In this document: positions 39,901-48,913 of the stretch, in pieces
Layout of the letters: every line of letters begins with the position of its first letter
Numbering within the stretch: the first letter of the stretch is position 1
Assembly: GCA_963810275.1 (NCBI GenBank)
Contig: CAWENF010000004.1
Span: forward strand, 1-64,000
Length of the DNA stretch: 64,000 nt
Reading direction: 5' to 3'
Source: an uncultured archaeon
GTDB taxonomy: Archaea; Thermoproteota; Bathyarchaeia; Bathyarchaeales; Bathycorpusculaceae
Translations under genes and position numbers: made by a program
The notes under the pieces: model-generated
Databases searched by the model: none
The model's input: only the letters and a program-made list of their open reading frames with translations
Told to the model about the DNA's origin: nothing

Positions 39901-40807
39901 AGAACAAAACGTTACCTTAGGTTTGCCTCGACTAATCGAAATTGTGGACGCCCGCAGAATTCCATCTACCCCAATTCAAACAATCTACCTAAATGGAGAT
40001 CACGGTAAAAGCAAAGAAGCCGCAGTCGAAGTAGCACGCAATATTATCTACACCAGTGTCGAGAACATTGCGTCAGCAATCTACGAAGACCCCGTCCGCG
40101 AAGAAATCATCATTGAAATCAGTAAACAAATGATGGACGACCGCAACATAACTATGGATGAACTCCGTGAACGCCTCGAGCTGCAAAACGCGACAGTTAC
40201 AATTACCGACACAACAGTTGAAATCAAACCCAAGAAAGTCGAACAAATTAAGCGTATGATGACTAAAATCCCAGGCTACCAAGTAAAAGGTGTTCCAGAC
40301 ATCAAACGTGTCTTGGTTACTGAGGAAAGCGGCGAATGGGTTATCCGTACTGACGGTTCTAACCTTGCAAAGGTATTGGAAGTTGAAGGCGTCGATACAT
40401 CACGCACAACCACCAACAACATCCACGAAATTGCCAAGACATTGGGCGTTGAAGCCAGCCGCAACGCACTGGTTAACGAAGCTAAAGGTGTGCTCGAAGA
40501 CCAAGGCTTAGACGTTGACGTCCGTCACGTGATGCTTGTTGCAGACATGATGACTACCACCGGAGACGTTCAGCAAATCGGTCGCCACGGCATCAGCGGC
40601 AAAAAAGCCAGTGTTCTTGCCCGCGCCGCATTCGAAATCACGGTTCCAAATATCGTTGAAGCAGCAGTGAAAGGTGAAAGTGATCCCTTAGCTGGAGTAA
40701 CAGAAAACGTTATAGTTGGGCAATCCATACCAATCGGCACAGGCTTAGTAGAACTCTACATGTCAACTTTCGAACGTCAAAGTAAAGATGGAGGAAAAAC
40801 AGAATAA
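36971..40807 (+). CDS. rpoA1: RNA polymerase subunit A, with A' and A'' fused in one ORF (Rpo1)
   Basis: NADFDGD catalytic motif and the A'' motif GEPGTQMT occur in the same 1278-aa ORF. Confidence 0.98.
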   Translation: MAQTEELIHKVVDEISFGLISPKDLRKQSVVEIQTPDTYDEDGAPITAGLMDGRLGTLEPRQRCKTCGNTAIRCPGHFGHIELAVPIVHIEFTKIIFDLLKSTCRTCGRILLREEEAKKACQKIERYNELLGAIPDEVYKEIMTDIKAKQCPYCAAAQFKITFEKPTKFIEQTESGSEPLTPSMIRERLERISDEDLEVLGFNPKVARPEWMVLQVLPVPPVYVRPSITLESGIRSEDDLTHKLVDIIRINQRLKENMEAGAPTLIIQDLSELLQYHVTTYFNNEASGIPPARHRSGRALKTISQRLKGKEGRFRSNLSGKRVDFSARTVISPDPNLDINEVGVPRDVAMRLSVPEKVTAWNLEEMKKLVVNGPETYPGALYIIRPDGKRIRLEFVVDRTKIAEAVELGFVVERHLKNGDIAIFNRQPSLHRMSIMAHYVRVLPYKTFRMHLCVCPPYNADFDGDEMNLHVPQSEEARTESLLLMQVQDQILSPRFGGPIIGAIRDFITGAYYFTKRGNYLTRGQADRILTTTSYQGDLPEPEIKDPEPLWSGKQIFSLFLPETLNYVLKANICQGCNKCEEELCKHDAYVVVRNGQLVSGIIDRRSIGSEQSESLLHRIIKDYGTQAGREFLNNITHMLKTFISLRGFSYTYDQLVLSPRARNRMAKTMERTQKKIDEHIENFRNGTLPRLPGQTMEESFEIYVMHELSTARDESGKIADDDFTLENAGIVMTRTGARGSSLNIGQMAACVGQQSVRGKRILRGYAGRALPHFVANDPRPKARGFVYNSYQTGLDAIEFFFHAMGGREGLVDTAVRTQQSGYMQRRLINALEHIRLEYDSTVRDSAGDIIQFRYGEDGVDPAKSDHGKAVNVRRLIDQVRLGEEKGAEPASFDFVKKQLKSVEGQITPILLAQLKQGFQKYKLSEKGVEKAVTITAQQYKRALMEPGEAVGIVAAQSIGEPGTQMTLRTFHYAGVKEQNVTLGLPRLIEIVDARRIPSTPIQTIYLNGDHGKSKEAAVEVARNIIYTSVENIASAIYEDPVREEIIIEISKQMMDDRNITMDELRERLELQNATVTITDTTVEIKPKKVEQIKRMMTKIPGYQVKGVPDIKRVLVTEESGEWVIRTDGSNLAKVLEVEGVDTSRTTTNNIHEIAKTLGVEASRNALVNEAKGVLEDQGLDVDVRHVMLVADMMTTTGDVQQIGRHGISGKKASVLARAAFEITVPNIVEAAVKGESDPLAGVTENVIVGQSIPIGTGLVELYMSTFERQSKDGGKTE

Positions 40808-41109
40808 TGATAGACATAGATAAAGCATTAGCGTCAGCAGTGAAAACTGGTAAGGTATCCTTCGGAGCCAACACCGCATTGCAGAACGCCAAAACCGGCA
40901 AAGCTAAGATGATAGTTTTAGCTTCAAACTGTCCAAAAGACATAAAAGAACAAGTTGAGTACTATGGAGAAATCTCCAAAGTCCCCGTTATTACATACAA
41001 AGGCACTTCAATTGACCTCGCTGAAGTCTGTAGCAAACTCTTCATCATCTCCGCTATGAGTATACGGGAAACAGGGGACTCTGAAATTCTCAAAGTAATC
41101 GATCAATAA
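40807..41109 (+). CDS. rpl30e: 50S ribosomal protein L30e
   Basis: VKTGKVSFG, ASNCP, GDSEIL; expected operon position. Confidence 0.96.
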   Translation: MIDIDKALASAVKTGKVSFGANTALQNAKTGKAKMIVLASNCPKDIKEQVEYYGEISKVPVITYKGTSIDLAEVCSKLFIISAMSIRETGDSEILKVIDQ

Positions 41110-41136
41110 AAATGGTAAAGGGAGGAGAAAAGTAAA

Positions 41137-41574
41137 CTGACATCTGGCATAAAGATTACCTGCGACGAAATGCGCTACATAGCCCTCTTTGAAAGCATAA
41201 GTGGAGCCAGCGTCAAAGACTGCATAATCGACGAAGAACAGGAACGAGCCATCTTCATAGTCAACCAAGGTCAAGTCGGCGTAGCGATAGGTAAAGGTGG
41301 ACGCAATATCCACACTCTTGAACGCATGACCGGCAAGAAACATGAAATCATTGAGTTCAGCGAGGACCCAGCTACATTCATGAAAAACGCTCTTAAACCT
41401 GCTGCAGTCAGAGAAATCCGCGTTAGCGAACGCACCGACGGTAAAAAGATGGCCGTAATAACTGTTAACCCTAAAGACAAGGGTGTCGCGATAGGTAAGA
41501 ACGGCAAGAACGCCGAGCGTTTGCGCTTTTTGGCAAAAAGGTACTTTGACATTCAGAACGTAAGCATCACCTAA
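41137..41574 (+). CDS. nusA: Archaeal NusA (KH domains); probable CTG start at 41137
   Basis: AIGKGGRN and AIGKNGKN. In-frame upstream (L)TSGIKITCDE follows GGAGG. Confidence 0.93.
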   Translation: MTSGIKITCDEMRYIALFESISGASVKDCIIDEEQERAIFIVNQGQVGVAIGKGGRNIHTLERMTGKKHEIIEFSEDPATFMKNALKPAAVREIRVSERTDGKKMAVITVNPKDKGVAIGKNGKNAERLRFLAKRYFDIQNVSIT

Positions 41575-42030
41575 GCCTACGCCGCACTGTCGGTTTGGCT
41601 AGGCGATGAAACGTCATTGAACGCAATATCATAGTAACAAGCCTGTTTCCTAAACCGTGAATTAGCTCTCTACTGTTTTAGCACGTGCCAGGTGATGTCG
41701 CTTTTTTTCATTTTACTCTTTTACATAATTAAACACATATGACGCAGTATCAAACACCTATTTTTAGCTGAAAATCTGAATTATTCGATTAATAAATATC
41801 ATTAAATGTGCCATTCAAGACCAGTTTTTCACTGTAGGTTTTGGATTTACAAAGTCTCCTGAAATAATGTTTTTTTTCCATAAACGAAGCAAATATCCAG
41901 TATTGTTTCCGTCTGTTTACCTTTTGTCAGCAATGTCTTATGAAATCTATACCTGACACATTTGAAAAAGAGGAAAGTTTAATACAAAAACACCTGCTAT
42001 TAACATTAGCTTGAAAGGTCGATAATTCAA

Positions 42031-42507
42031 ATGAAAACTGCGACAGTAATTTGGATTATTTTTGCAAGTATTTTTATAGGTATTTTCATAGTAGCAGGGC
42101 TCATATATTTTGAAGTGCCTTCCAAATTCGTGAATCCATTAAATGATGGGAATATAGTAATTAATTATCAGACAGAAAAAGTATCTCAGTATGAAGGCAG
42201 CTACATTATAGAACCAAAAGTTGGTTATACATTTTTGAAAGTGGACCTTTTTGTAGAGAACAATGGATACAACGAATTTTATTCAGGTTGTTTGAGTGAT
42301 TTGTCCTTAAATGCAGATAATGTAGAATATCATTGTTGTTCTCGGGTATCACACAATAATTACAATTTTCTTCCAACTACATTATCAAAGGGTGGTTCTT
42401 GGAATGGAACCATTGTGTATGAAATTCCAGCATATACATTAGAGTATTATTTGTATGTTAACGATCATTTGACTGATTATAAAATTGTGTTTAACTGTTT
42501 AGATTAG
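42031..42507 (+). CDS. Membrane-anchored DUF4352-like Ig-fold protein, AT-rich
   Basis: N-terminal TM, PKVGYTFLKVDLFVENNG, LSKGGSWNGTIVYEIP. Confidence 0.7.
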   Translation: MKTATVIWIIFASIFIGIFIVAGLIYFEVPSKFVNPLNDGNIVINYQTEKVSQYEGSYIIEPKVGYTFLKVDLFVENNGYNEFYSGCLSDLSLNADNVEYHCCSRVSHNNYNFLPTTLSKGGSWNGTIVYEIPAYTLEYYLYVNDHLTDYKIVFNCLD

Positions 42508-42691
42508 AGTGTATTTTGTCTGCTACGAATCCTTTCAGACGACGGTCAAACGTCTTGATCGCCGTAGCGATGGCCCCTTAAGGGTACCACGCACTCCTCC
42601 TCGACACAACGACAACTGGTCACCGAACAATTTGACCATCTATAAAAATATTAAAATAAATTCATTAAAAAAAGGAAAAAGCATCGTGCCT

Positions 42692-43081
42692 CTATACATG
42701 TAAAGTTACTTCTATGTTAGCACTTAAGGGAACATCGAAAGAGTTGCCATATAAGTAAAAGTCGGCATACGATGTAGCTACAATAATTGTAAATTCCATC
42801 GTAGAGTTCCAACTACCAGACGTAGTATCTTCATTTAGTGAAATTACAGCAGTTCCATTATCTTTTGTATTGACCCAACTAGTTTTAGCGGTAGCATCTT
42901 TCGGATTTGTTCCCTCGTAGAGCATAACATCAGCATCTCTGACAGGGTTACCTGTTGAATCCACAACTTTGACAAATACTTGGGCTTCTCTTGGTGTCAT
43001 AGCAGCAAGAACAGGTGCAACAATCGCAATCACTACTGAAATCGCCAGAAGTGCAGTAAGAGCTATTCCTATTTCTTTCAT
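42692..43081 (-). CDS. Secreted protein with a transthyretin-like/carboxypeptidase-regulatory domain
   Basis: Signal peptide, VKVVDSTGNPVRDADV, TKDNGTA. Confidence 0.65.
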   Translation of the reverse strand: MKEIGIALTALLAISVVIAIVAPVLAAMTPREAQVFVKVVDSTGNPVRDADVMLYEGTNPKDATAKTSWVNTKDNGTAVISLNEDTTSGSWNSTMEFTIIVATSYADFYLYGNSFDVPLSANIEVTLHV

Positions 43082-43463
43082 CTATTCACCCTCTAAGACG
43101 ATATTTCTCTAGTAATTGCCTATGCATTAAAGTGATATTCCAGAAATGGTAGTATATCTATTAGCTAATCTGAAATATCCTAAATCTATGCGGCAAATTC
43201 TCCTCGAGTTCGATATGCACTTAATCGCAATTTAGAAATCAACTGGTTCAGTTGAATGATTTAGGATTAGGCTGATCAGTAAAGAATTTTCTTTAAGGCA
43301 ATCGCCCAATAAATTAACTTTTTCAGGCACAGTAGAAACCCCTAATTCGCAATAAAAAAGAAAGGGATAAAAATTGCGAGAGATTTCGCCATTTTTCTCC
43401 GTTTTAGTTAAATAAGAGACTAATCCACTACTATTTTCTAACAATAGAGGCAAATAATTAATC

Positions 43464-45383
43464 ATGCTTATCCAGGAACTTATTGTCGAGAACTTTATGA
43501 GTTATGAGTACGCTCGCGTGCCATTTAAATCGGGCGTCAACATAATTGGGGGACCGAATGGTGCAGGCAAATCTAGTCTGCTACTTGCCATATCGGTGGG
43601 TTTGGGGCAGACCAGCACCGAGCGCAGCCGCAAACTTAGCGACCTAATCCGATGGGGCCAAGACCAAGCCCGCGTCACACTCATTTTAGATAATCAAAAA
43701 CAGGGTGCAAGAAGACCTGAACAAAAATACAACAAAGACCATCTCTTCCTAACACGGTTTTTGCGCAGAGACGGCAAATACTGGTTTGAACTCGAAAACA
43801 AAGTCGCCAGCAAACAGGACGTGGAACGCTTGTTGGGCAAGTTCGGTGTGGACCCAAACAATATGCTAATCATAATGCACCAGAATATGGTGGAACAGTT
43901 TAGTGTGCAAAGTAACGTCACCAAACTTCACATGGTAGAAGAAGCCGTGGGTTTGGAGCCTTTCCGCGAGAACGTTGTGCAAGCAAAAACAAAACTAACT
44001 CGCATCCTCACTCAGGAGGAATCTGTTGGGAAACTGCTTGAGCAGGCAGAGCAGACACTCAACTACTGGCGCGAGCAGTACGAGAAGTTTCAGGAGAAAA
44101 AGCAGCTTCAACTCAAACGACGTTTTCTTGACCGCGAATTATTATGGGCTGAGGTGGAACGACGAGAAACCATCGTAAAGGCGTTGCAGACTAACCATAA
44201 CAAGACGCAGGTTGCATTGGCTAAAATCGAGGACGAACGACAATCCCTAATTGGTGAGTTGGACGGGCACCAGACCCAGCAGAAGACGCTTCGCAGCCAA
44301 ATGCGGGGCTTGTTTGATGAGCGGCTGGATTTGGAGAGAAGAATCGCTCAGAACCAGTCGCAGTTTTCGCTCGTGGAGCAGTTGATATCCGAAGCCGAGA
44401 TGCTTGAAAAAGTCGTTGACACCAGCCTGTTTAAGCTGCTACGGGTTGATAGCCTGCGCGAAATGCTTGAGGTATCTCAAAAGCAAATAAAGACAACAAC
44501 AGAACAGATTCAGGATAACCAGTCCAAACTCCAAAAGCTGGAAACAAACACCGATAAAATTGCCGCTTACTCACTGGATAAACGGGTAACCATTGCCCTT
44601 TTAAATTTCCGCCGCGACCGAGCAGTAAAAGACCGTGAAAACACCGAAAAACAGCTAAAAGAGGTGCAGGACAACCTTGCCGCTGCAGTTGCAAAAGCAC
44701 AGGAATCGGGCGAACGCATAGCAGTGCTAAAATCCACCTCTGAAATCCAGGAGGAAATGGGCTTAACCGATGGCCACCTTCAAGCGTTGCAGGGTGTATC
44801 GGAGGAGATTGAGCGCCAATATGAGTCATACTCCAAACTGTATTTGGAGCTTAAGGAGAAGGCGCAGTTGGTGGCTGAGAACCGCGAGAAGACTCTTGAG
44901 GAAGTGAAGACTCGGTTTGTGGCTTGGCGCAGTGTTATGGAAAACCTCATTGACCGTGTGAATGTGGAATACCAGCGCATAATGAGCCAAACCCTTGCCA
45001 CAGGCGAGGTGTTACTGTCGAACCCTCAGGACATCGAAACTGCCGGGCTAGAAATCTATGTTGGCTTCAAAGGTAGCAAACCAGTCGCGTTGGACGCCTA
45101 CACGCAGAGTGGCGGTGAACGTACAACCGCTACCATGGGCTTTCTACTTGCTTTACAGCAGCATGTGCGTAGTCCCTTCCGAGCAGTGGACGAATATGAC
45201 ATCCACATGGACCCCAAAAACCGGGAAATGATAGCCAAAGTCCTTGTAGCAATTATTAAAGACGCTGCCTCGCAGTACGTCGTCATCACGCCCAGCCAAA
45301 TAACATTTGCCCAACGCGACGCAAACGTCATAACAGTGCAGAACTTGGAGGGCAAATCCGCAGTGCGCGAGGTGGTCAACTAA
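43464..45383 (+). CDS. Short SMC-family ATPase, SMC5/6-like (coalescin-type)
   Basis: ENFMSY, GPNGAGKSS, Q-loop MHQN, coiled coils, QSGGERT..LLALQ..SPFRAVDEYDIHMDPKNRE. Confidence 0.88.
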   Translation: MLIQELIVENFMSYEYARVPFKSGVNIIGGPNGAGKSSLLLAISVGLGQTSTERSRKLSDLIRWGQDQARVTLILDNQKQGARRPEQKYNKDHLFLTRFLRRDGKYWFELENKVASKQDVERLLGKFGVDPNNMLIIMHQNMVEQFSVQSNVTKLHMVEEAVGLEPFRENVVQAKTKLTRILTQEESVGKLLEQAEQTLNYWREQYEKFQEKKQLQLKRRFLDRELLWAEVERRETIVKALQTNHNKTQVALAKIEDERQSLIGELDGHQTQQKTLRSQMRGLFDERLDLERRIAQNQSQFSLVEQLISEAEMLEKVVDTSLFKLLRVDSLREMLEVSQKQIKTTTEQIQDNQSKLQKLETNTDKIAAYSLDKRVTIALLNFRRDRAVKDRENTEKQLKEVQDNLAAAVAKAQESGERIAVLKSTSEIQEEMGLTDGHLQALQGVSEEIERQYESYSKLYLELKEKAQLVAENREKTLEEVKTRFVAWRSVMENLIDRVNVEYQRIMSQTLATGEVLLSNPQDIETAGLEIYVGFKGSKPVALDAYTQSGGERTTATMGFLLALQQHVRSPFRAVDEYDIHMDPKNREMIAKVLVAIIKDAASQYVVITPSQITFAQRDANVITVQNLEGKSAVREVVN

Positions 45384-46208
45384 TGACGTCAAAAGAATCG
45401 CATGAGAAGCGTGTGGGCAAAGAGCGCCTGCAAGTTATCATCGACATGTGCACTGCGATTGAAACCCGTCAAGTTGATCCCTTCACGCTAAACGTTGACG
45501 ACATCATCGGTGTGGTGCAACAATATTTTCCTCACTGGAACCATCTTGAGGAGCTTAAACTCGACGCCGAAGCACTCCACCACCTTGCGTCTGTAGTGAA
45601 GATACAGAGCGAATGGGTTAAGCACCGCTCTACCTCACTCTACACCGACCCTTTTCTGCTGGAAGAGAAAGATTCGCCAGACCAGCAAGCAAGGAATGCT
45701 TGACGTGTTCGCCTCCGCTTGGACACCTCTGGTGGAGTCTGAGCAGCTCACCCTAAACGCTTTGTCGCAGGGTCTGTTGTACTGGGAGGCACTGCCGCCT
45801 TTGGGCAACCGCTGGAAAGACATCAACGTCTCCGCAGTGGATGCGGGGCAAGTTAGCCGCGATGAGTTGGTTAAGCAGCGGGTGTTGGGCGAACGCGAAT
45901 TCGGCGAGGAACTTGACTGCTACTGGCGCCAACTTAAAGACAAAGCGGCTGAGCACGGCGGAAAAATAGCGTATTGGGATTTTATCGGTGCTGCCACGTA
46001 TGAGGAGACGGTTCAACGTGCTTTTCTCACAGCTTTCCTAGTAACATATGGGTATGCCACGCTGGAAGTTGACAGACTCGAAGAAACTATCACAATCATT
46101 CCACTGGAAACCCCCAGAACCGAAGCCCTATCTGTGCAGTCAACCTCCGTCCCAATTGCGGTCTCGGTGGAGGACTATCAGAACTGGAGAGAAGGAAAAC
46201 AATCATGA
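45383..46208 (+). CDS. Kleisin-like (ScpA/Nse4-like) protein, one frameshift near 45668
   Basis: N-terminal VDPFTLNVDD and C-terminal wHTH YWDFI..TVQRAFLTAFLVTYGYATLE. ORFs join as EEKIRQTSKQGMLDV. Confidence 0.65.
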
Positions 46209-46816
46209 GTACCCGCAAAAAAGGAGTATATGCAGGCAAAATCAAAAAAGCCACTCAGATGCTGTTCTATAAGCGCCACGCTAAACCTGGCGTGAAGGGC
46301 TGGGAACTCCACAAGGCGCTGGGCAGCGATTACCCTAAGGTGCTTGACGTCTTGGATGATTACCTAAAACCGATGGATTTGCAGGTTAAAACCGTTTTTG
46401 AGGAGGAAAAAACCCCCGAGAAGCCATCGATGGAAGAGCTAGATACAGCCCGTTTCTTTATCGCCCTACGCGACGTGGCTACAAAGGACAAGTTGATGGG
46501 CTGGCGAGTTGATGACCTCGCAGGCTTAGCAGTCACAATAAGCTACATAGTCGCTAAAAAGGGTCAGGCGCCAAGAAAAGACGTCGAGAAGCTGTTGAGT
46601 GAGAAAATCGCTAACTGGAAAGTCGGCTTAAACCTTGACCGCTACATCCGAAACGGCTACCTATCTCAAGACGACAAAGGGCAACTGTATTTGGATTGGC
46701 GCACGCGGGCTGAGGTGGACCAGAAGAAACTGATTGACATGCTGCTTTCGGCCGAAAAACAGGGTTCTGCTAACGAGGCGGATGCCGGCTCCTCTGGTTT
46801 GGGCGCTGAAGACTAA
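46205..46816 (+). CDS. Tandem winged-helix kite-like (ScpB/Nse1/Nse3-like) protein
   Basis: 203 aa with two WH-like repeats and LDRYIRNGYL..LYLDWRTRAEV. Start overlaps the upstream stop (ATGA). Confidence 0.65.
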   Translation: MSTRKKGVYAGKIKKATQMLFYKRHAKPGVKGWELHKALGSDYPKVLDVLDDYLKPMDLQVKTVFEEEKTPEKPSMEELDTARFFIALRDVATKDKLMGWRVDDLAGLAVTISYIVAKKGQAPRKDVEKLLSEKIANWKVGLNLDRYIRNGYLSQDDKGQLYLDWRTRAEVDQKKLIDMLLSAEKQGSANEADAGSSGLGAED

Positions 46817-46908
46817 GCGCTTTTTTTGTTTCTTTTCTTCTCAAAAAATATAACATGATAAATTTTAAATATATTTATGAACAGCTTAGGCTTAAGCAGG
46901 CTCACTAA

Positions 46909-47490
46909 ATGGCTAAAACTTGGACAAAAAACGACCTAATCTTAGGAGTAATCCTCCCCATAATCGTAGTCTTCGTAATCGTGCTAATCTCAAAAATCCC
47001 CTCCCTAATCGGCGGCGAACCCGGCTTAGCCATCGGGTTAACCATGGAACTCCTCGAGTTAGTCGTCATAGTTGGCGTTCCCCTATCTTTGGGGCTTTTG
47101 TGGAACCAGTGGGCAGGTGGAGCAAGCGGTTTCCTCATGGGCACTTTCTATGCACTCTACTGGCAAAACAGCTTTCACGGCATACCAGGTTCAGGCACCG
47201 TTCTGTTAGCCTACATCTTAAGCCCCATGCTAATTGGCTACATGGCAGGCTCCCTAAACCACCGCTCCGACAACTTCAAACGCGTTTTAATCTCCAGTGT
47301 AGTTGCTTCAACCATCGGCGGATTTGTGCTCTTTGGAATTTTTCAGATGTCAACAGCAAATGTTGTTACTGGCTGGGATGGGCTGGCCTTGACTGTCTTG
47401 GCTAGAATTATCGCTGCATTGCTAACAGCTGTGGTGGTCAAAATTTTCTTCTGGTATGGGATGGGTGCTCAAAAACATCCAGTTTCTTGA
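46909..47490 (+). CDS. Multi-pass membrane protein (ECF S-component-like)
   Basis: About 6 TM helices; LGLLWNQWAGGASGFLMG. Confidence 0.7.
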   Translation: MAKTWTKNDLILGVILPIIVVFVIVLISKIPSLIGGEPGLAIGLTMELLELVVIVGVPLSLGLLWNQWAGGASGFLMGTFYALYWQNSFHGIPGSGTVLLAYILSPMLIGYMAGSLNHRSDNFKRVLISSVVASTIGGFVLFGIFQMSTANVVTGWDGLALTVLARIIAALLTAVVVKIFFWYGMGAQKHPVS

Positions 47491-47510
47491 CTTCGAGGAA
47501 AGTGGTTTGT

Positions 47511-47672
47511 TTGGAAAAAATATTTTGTGACAAAAAAACATGCATTAATTATAAGAATGGTTACTGTTATTTGAAAAATCCTGAAAAAGTCGGTACAGAC
47601 TGCCTTGAATACAAGGATGCCTTAGATTTTCTTAGGCTAAAAGCGGATGCAGTACGAGGTACTCTTGGCTAA
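47511..47672 (+). CDS. Small four-Cys metal-binding protein
   Basis: IFCDKKTCINYKNGYCYL..DCLEY; TTG start after GAGG. Confidence 0.55.
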   Translation: MEKIFCDKKTCINYKNGYCYLKNPEKVGTDCLEYKDALDFLRLKADAVRGTLG

Positions 47673-47685
47673 ATGTCTTTTGCAT

Positions 47686-48171
47686 TTATTTTTGGTTTAT
47701 TGTTGTGGGTTCAGCAAAATACTTTGTTATCCACGTTTTGATTTCTTCCCTTGCTTTTCGGAAAGCTGCGAGCTTTTCTTCTTCGGAGCCCTCCACCTCT
47801 GAAGGATCAACAAAGCCGTGAACGATGTAATTTTTGGTTTTATGCAGCCTCGAAGTGATAATGGCGGGTTTTCCTACGGTCATGGGCGAGTTGCACAGGG
47901 CACAAAGTGTTTTAGCGCTGCTTTTACACACGGAGACGGCGAGATCAATTTCGGTCTCTCCGAATTCATCGATGCTTTTGGAGTACTGTTTCGAAATGTC
48001 CATGCCTATTTCTGCCATAACTGTCACGGCGAGGGGGTTGATTTGCGTGGGGCTGGTCCCAGCGCTGTACACGTTGTATTTGTCGCCAAAAACGTGGCGC
48101 AGAAGACCTTCTGCCATTTGAGAACGGGCAGAGTTGTGAGTGCAGATGAAGAGGATTTTGGTTTTACTCAA
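47686..48171 (-). CDS. arsC: Arsenate reductase, LMW-PTP family
   Basis: LFICTHNSARSQMAEG, SAGT, DP motif. Confidence 0.9.
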   Translation of the reverse strand: MSKTKILFICTHNSARSQMAEGLLRHVFGDKYNVYSAGTSPTQINPLAVTVMAEIGMDISKQYSKSIDEFGETEIDLAVSVCKSSAKTLCALCNSPMTVGKPAIITSRLHKTKNYIVHGFVDPSEVEGSEEEKLAAFRKAREEIKTWITKYFAEPTTINQK

Positions 48172-48180
48172 CGCTCATGC

Positions 48181-48462
48181 CTATGCTTTAGGCTTTAATT
48201 TGTCGATTAATGCTTTCGTTTCTTGTTCATCGGGGTGCGTGATGGCGCCAGCGGGGCAGATGGTTTCACACCCGTGGCAGAATACTACGCAGCGGTTGGG
48301 GTTTACTACAGTGCGTTTTTTTCCGTTTTGTTCTTCGGTTCGGAAGGCTTTGGTGTGGCAGAACTCTACGCATTTGCCGCAGGCGGTGCATTTAGCGGCG
48401 TCGATTTGGGGGTCCCATGGGATTTGGTTGCGGGGGATTCCTTGGTAGTGTGTTTCTGTCAT
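48181..48462 (-). CDS. 2[4Fe-4S] ferredoxin
   Basis: CTACGKCVEFC and CVVFCHGCETICP. Confidence 0.9.
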   Translation of the reverse strand: MTETHYQGIPRNQIPWDPQIDAAKCTACGKCVEFCHTKAFRTEEQNGKKRTVVNPNRCVVFCHGCETICPAGAITHPDEQETKALIDKLKPKA

Positions 48463-48482
48463 GTGTTTTTCACACACCTACA

Positions 48483-48518
48483 ATATTCATAACAACTTTT
48501 AAATATTGTTATAAATAT
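48483..48518. promoter_or_regulatory. Inverted repeat flanking the TATA box, putative ArsR operator
   Basis: ATATTCATAACAA-cttttaaata-TTGTTATAAATAT; 12 of 13 positions are complementary. Confidence 0.65.
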
Positions 48519-48520
48519 AT

Positions 48521-48856
48521 GTGAAAACCATGCCGTTAACAACCCAAAACCTAAGCCGCTTCAAAGCCAACATCCACCACGCCTTGGCCGACCCTATACG
48601 TCTCGAAATTCTCGCTTACCTTCGAGACGGCGAAAAATGTGTCTGTGAAATAGTGCCACATCTGGGTCTCGTTCAGCCTCTCGTTTCGAGGCACCTAAAA
48701 ATTCTCAAAGATGCTGGAGTGGTTAGCTGCCGAAAAGATGGAACAAAACGAATGTATGCCATAGTAGACCAACGAATATTCAATGCCATCGATGCATTAA
48801 CTCCGGAGCTAATGAGTGGACTGACAAAAGCAAAATTAGAAAATGTAATTCGCTAA
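48521..48856 (+). CDS. arsR: ArsR family repressor
   Basis: ALADPIRLEIL, EKCVCEI, SRHLKILK; divergent from ferredoxin-arsC. Confidence 0.9.
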   Translation: MKTMPLTTQNLSRFKANIHHALADPIRLEILAYLRDGEKCVCEIVPHLGLVQPLVSRHLKILKDAGVVSCRKDGTKRMYAIVDQRIFNAIDALTPELMSGLTKAKLENVIR

Positions 48857-48913
48857 AATGCAGCTGTCTGAGTATTTACATAACATTAACCGTTAGAAAA
48901 GGATGTAAAAAAA

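Noticed and set aside
43464-46816. Wadjet/MksBEFG defence system
   Set aside because: No Toprim nuclease gene, the SMC gene comes first, and head motifs are SMC5/6-like.
48181-48462. HgcB mercury methylation ferredoxin
   Set aside because: Lacks the C-terminal Cys pair, and no hgcA is in the window.
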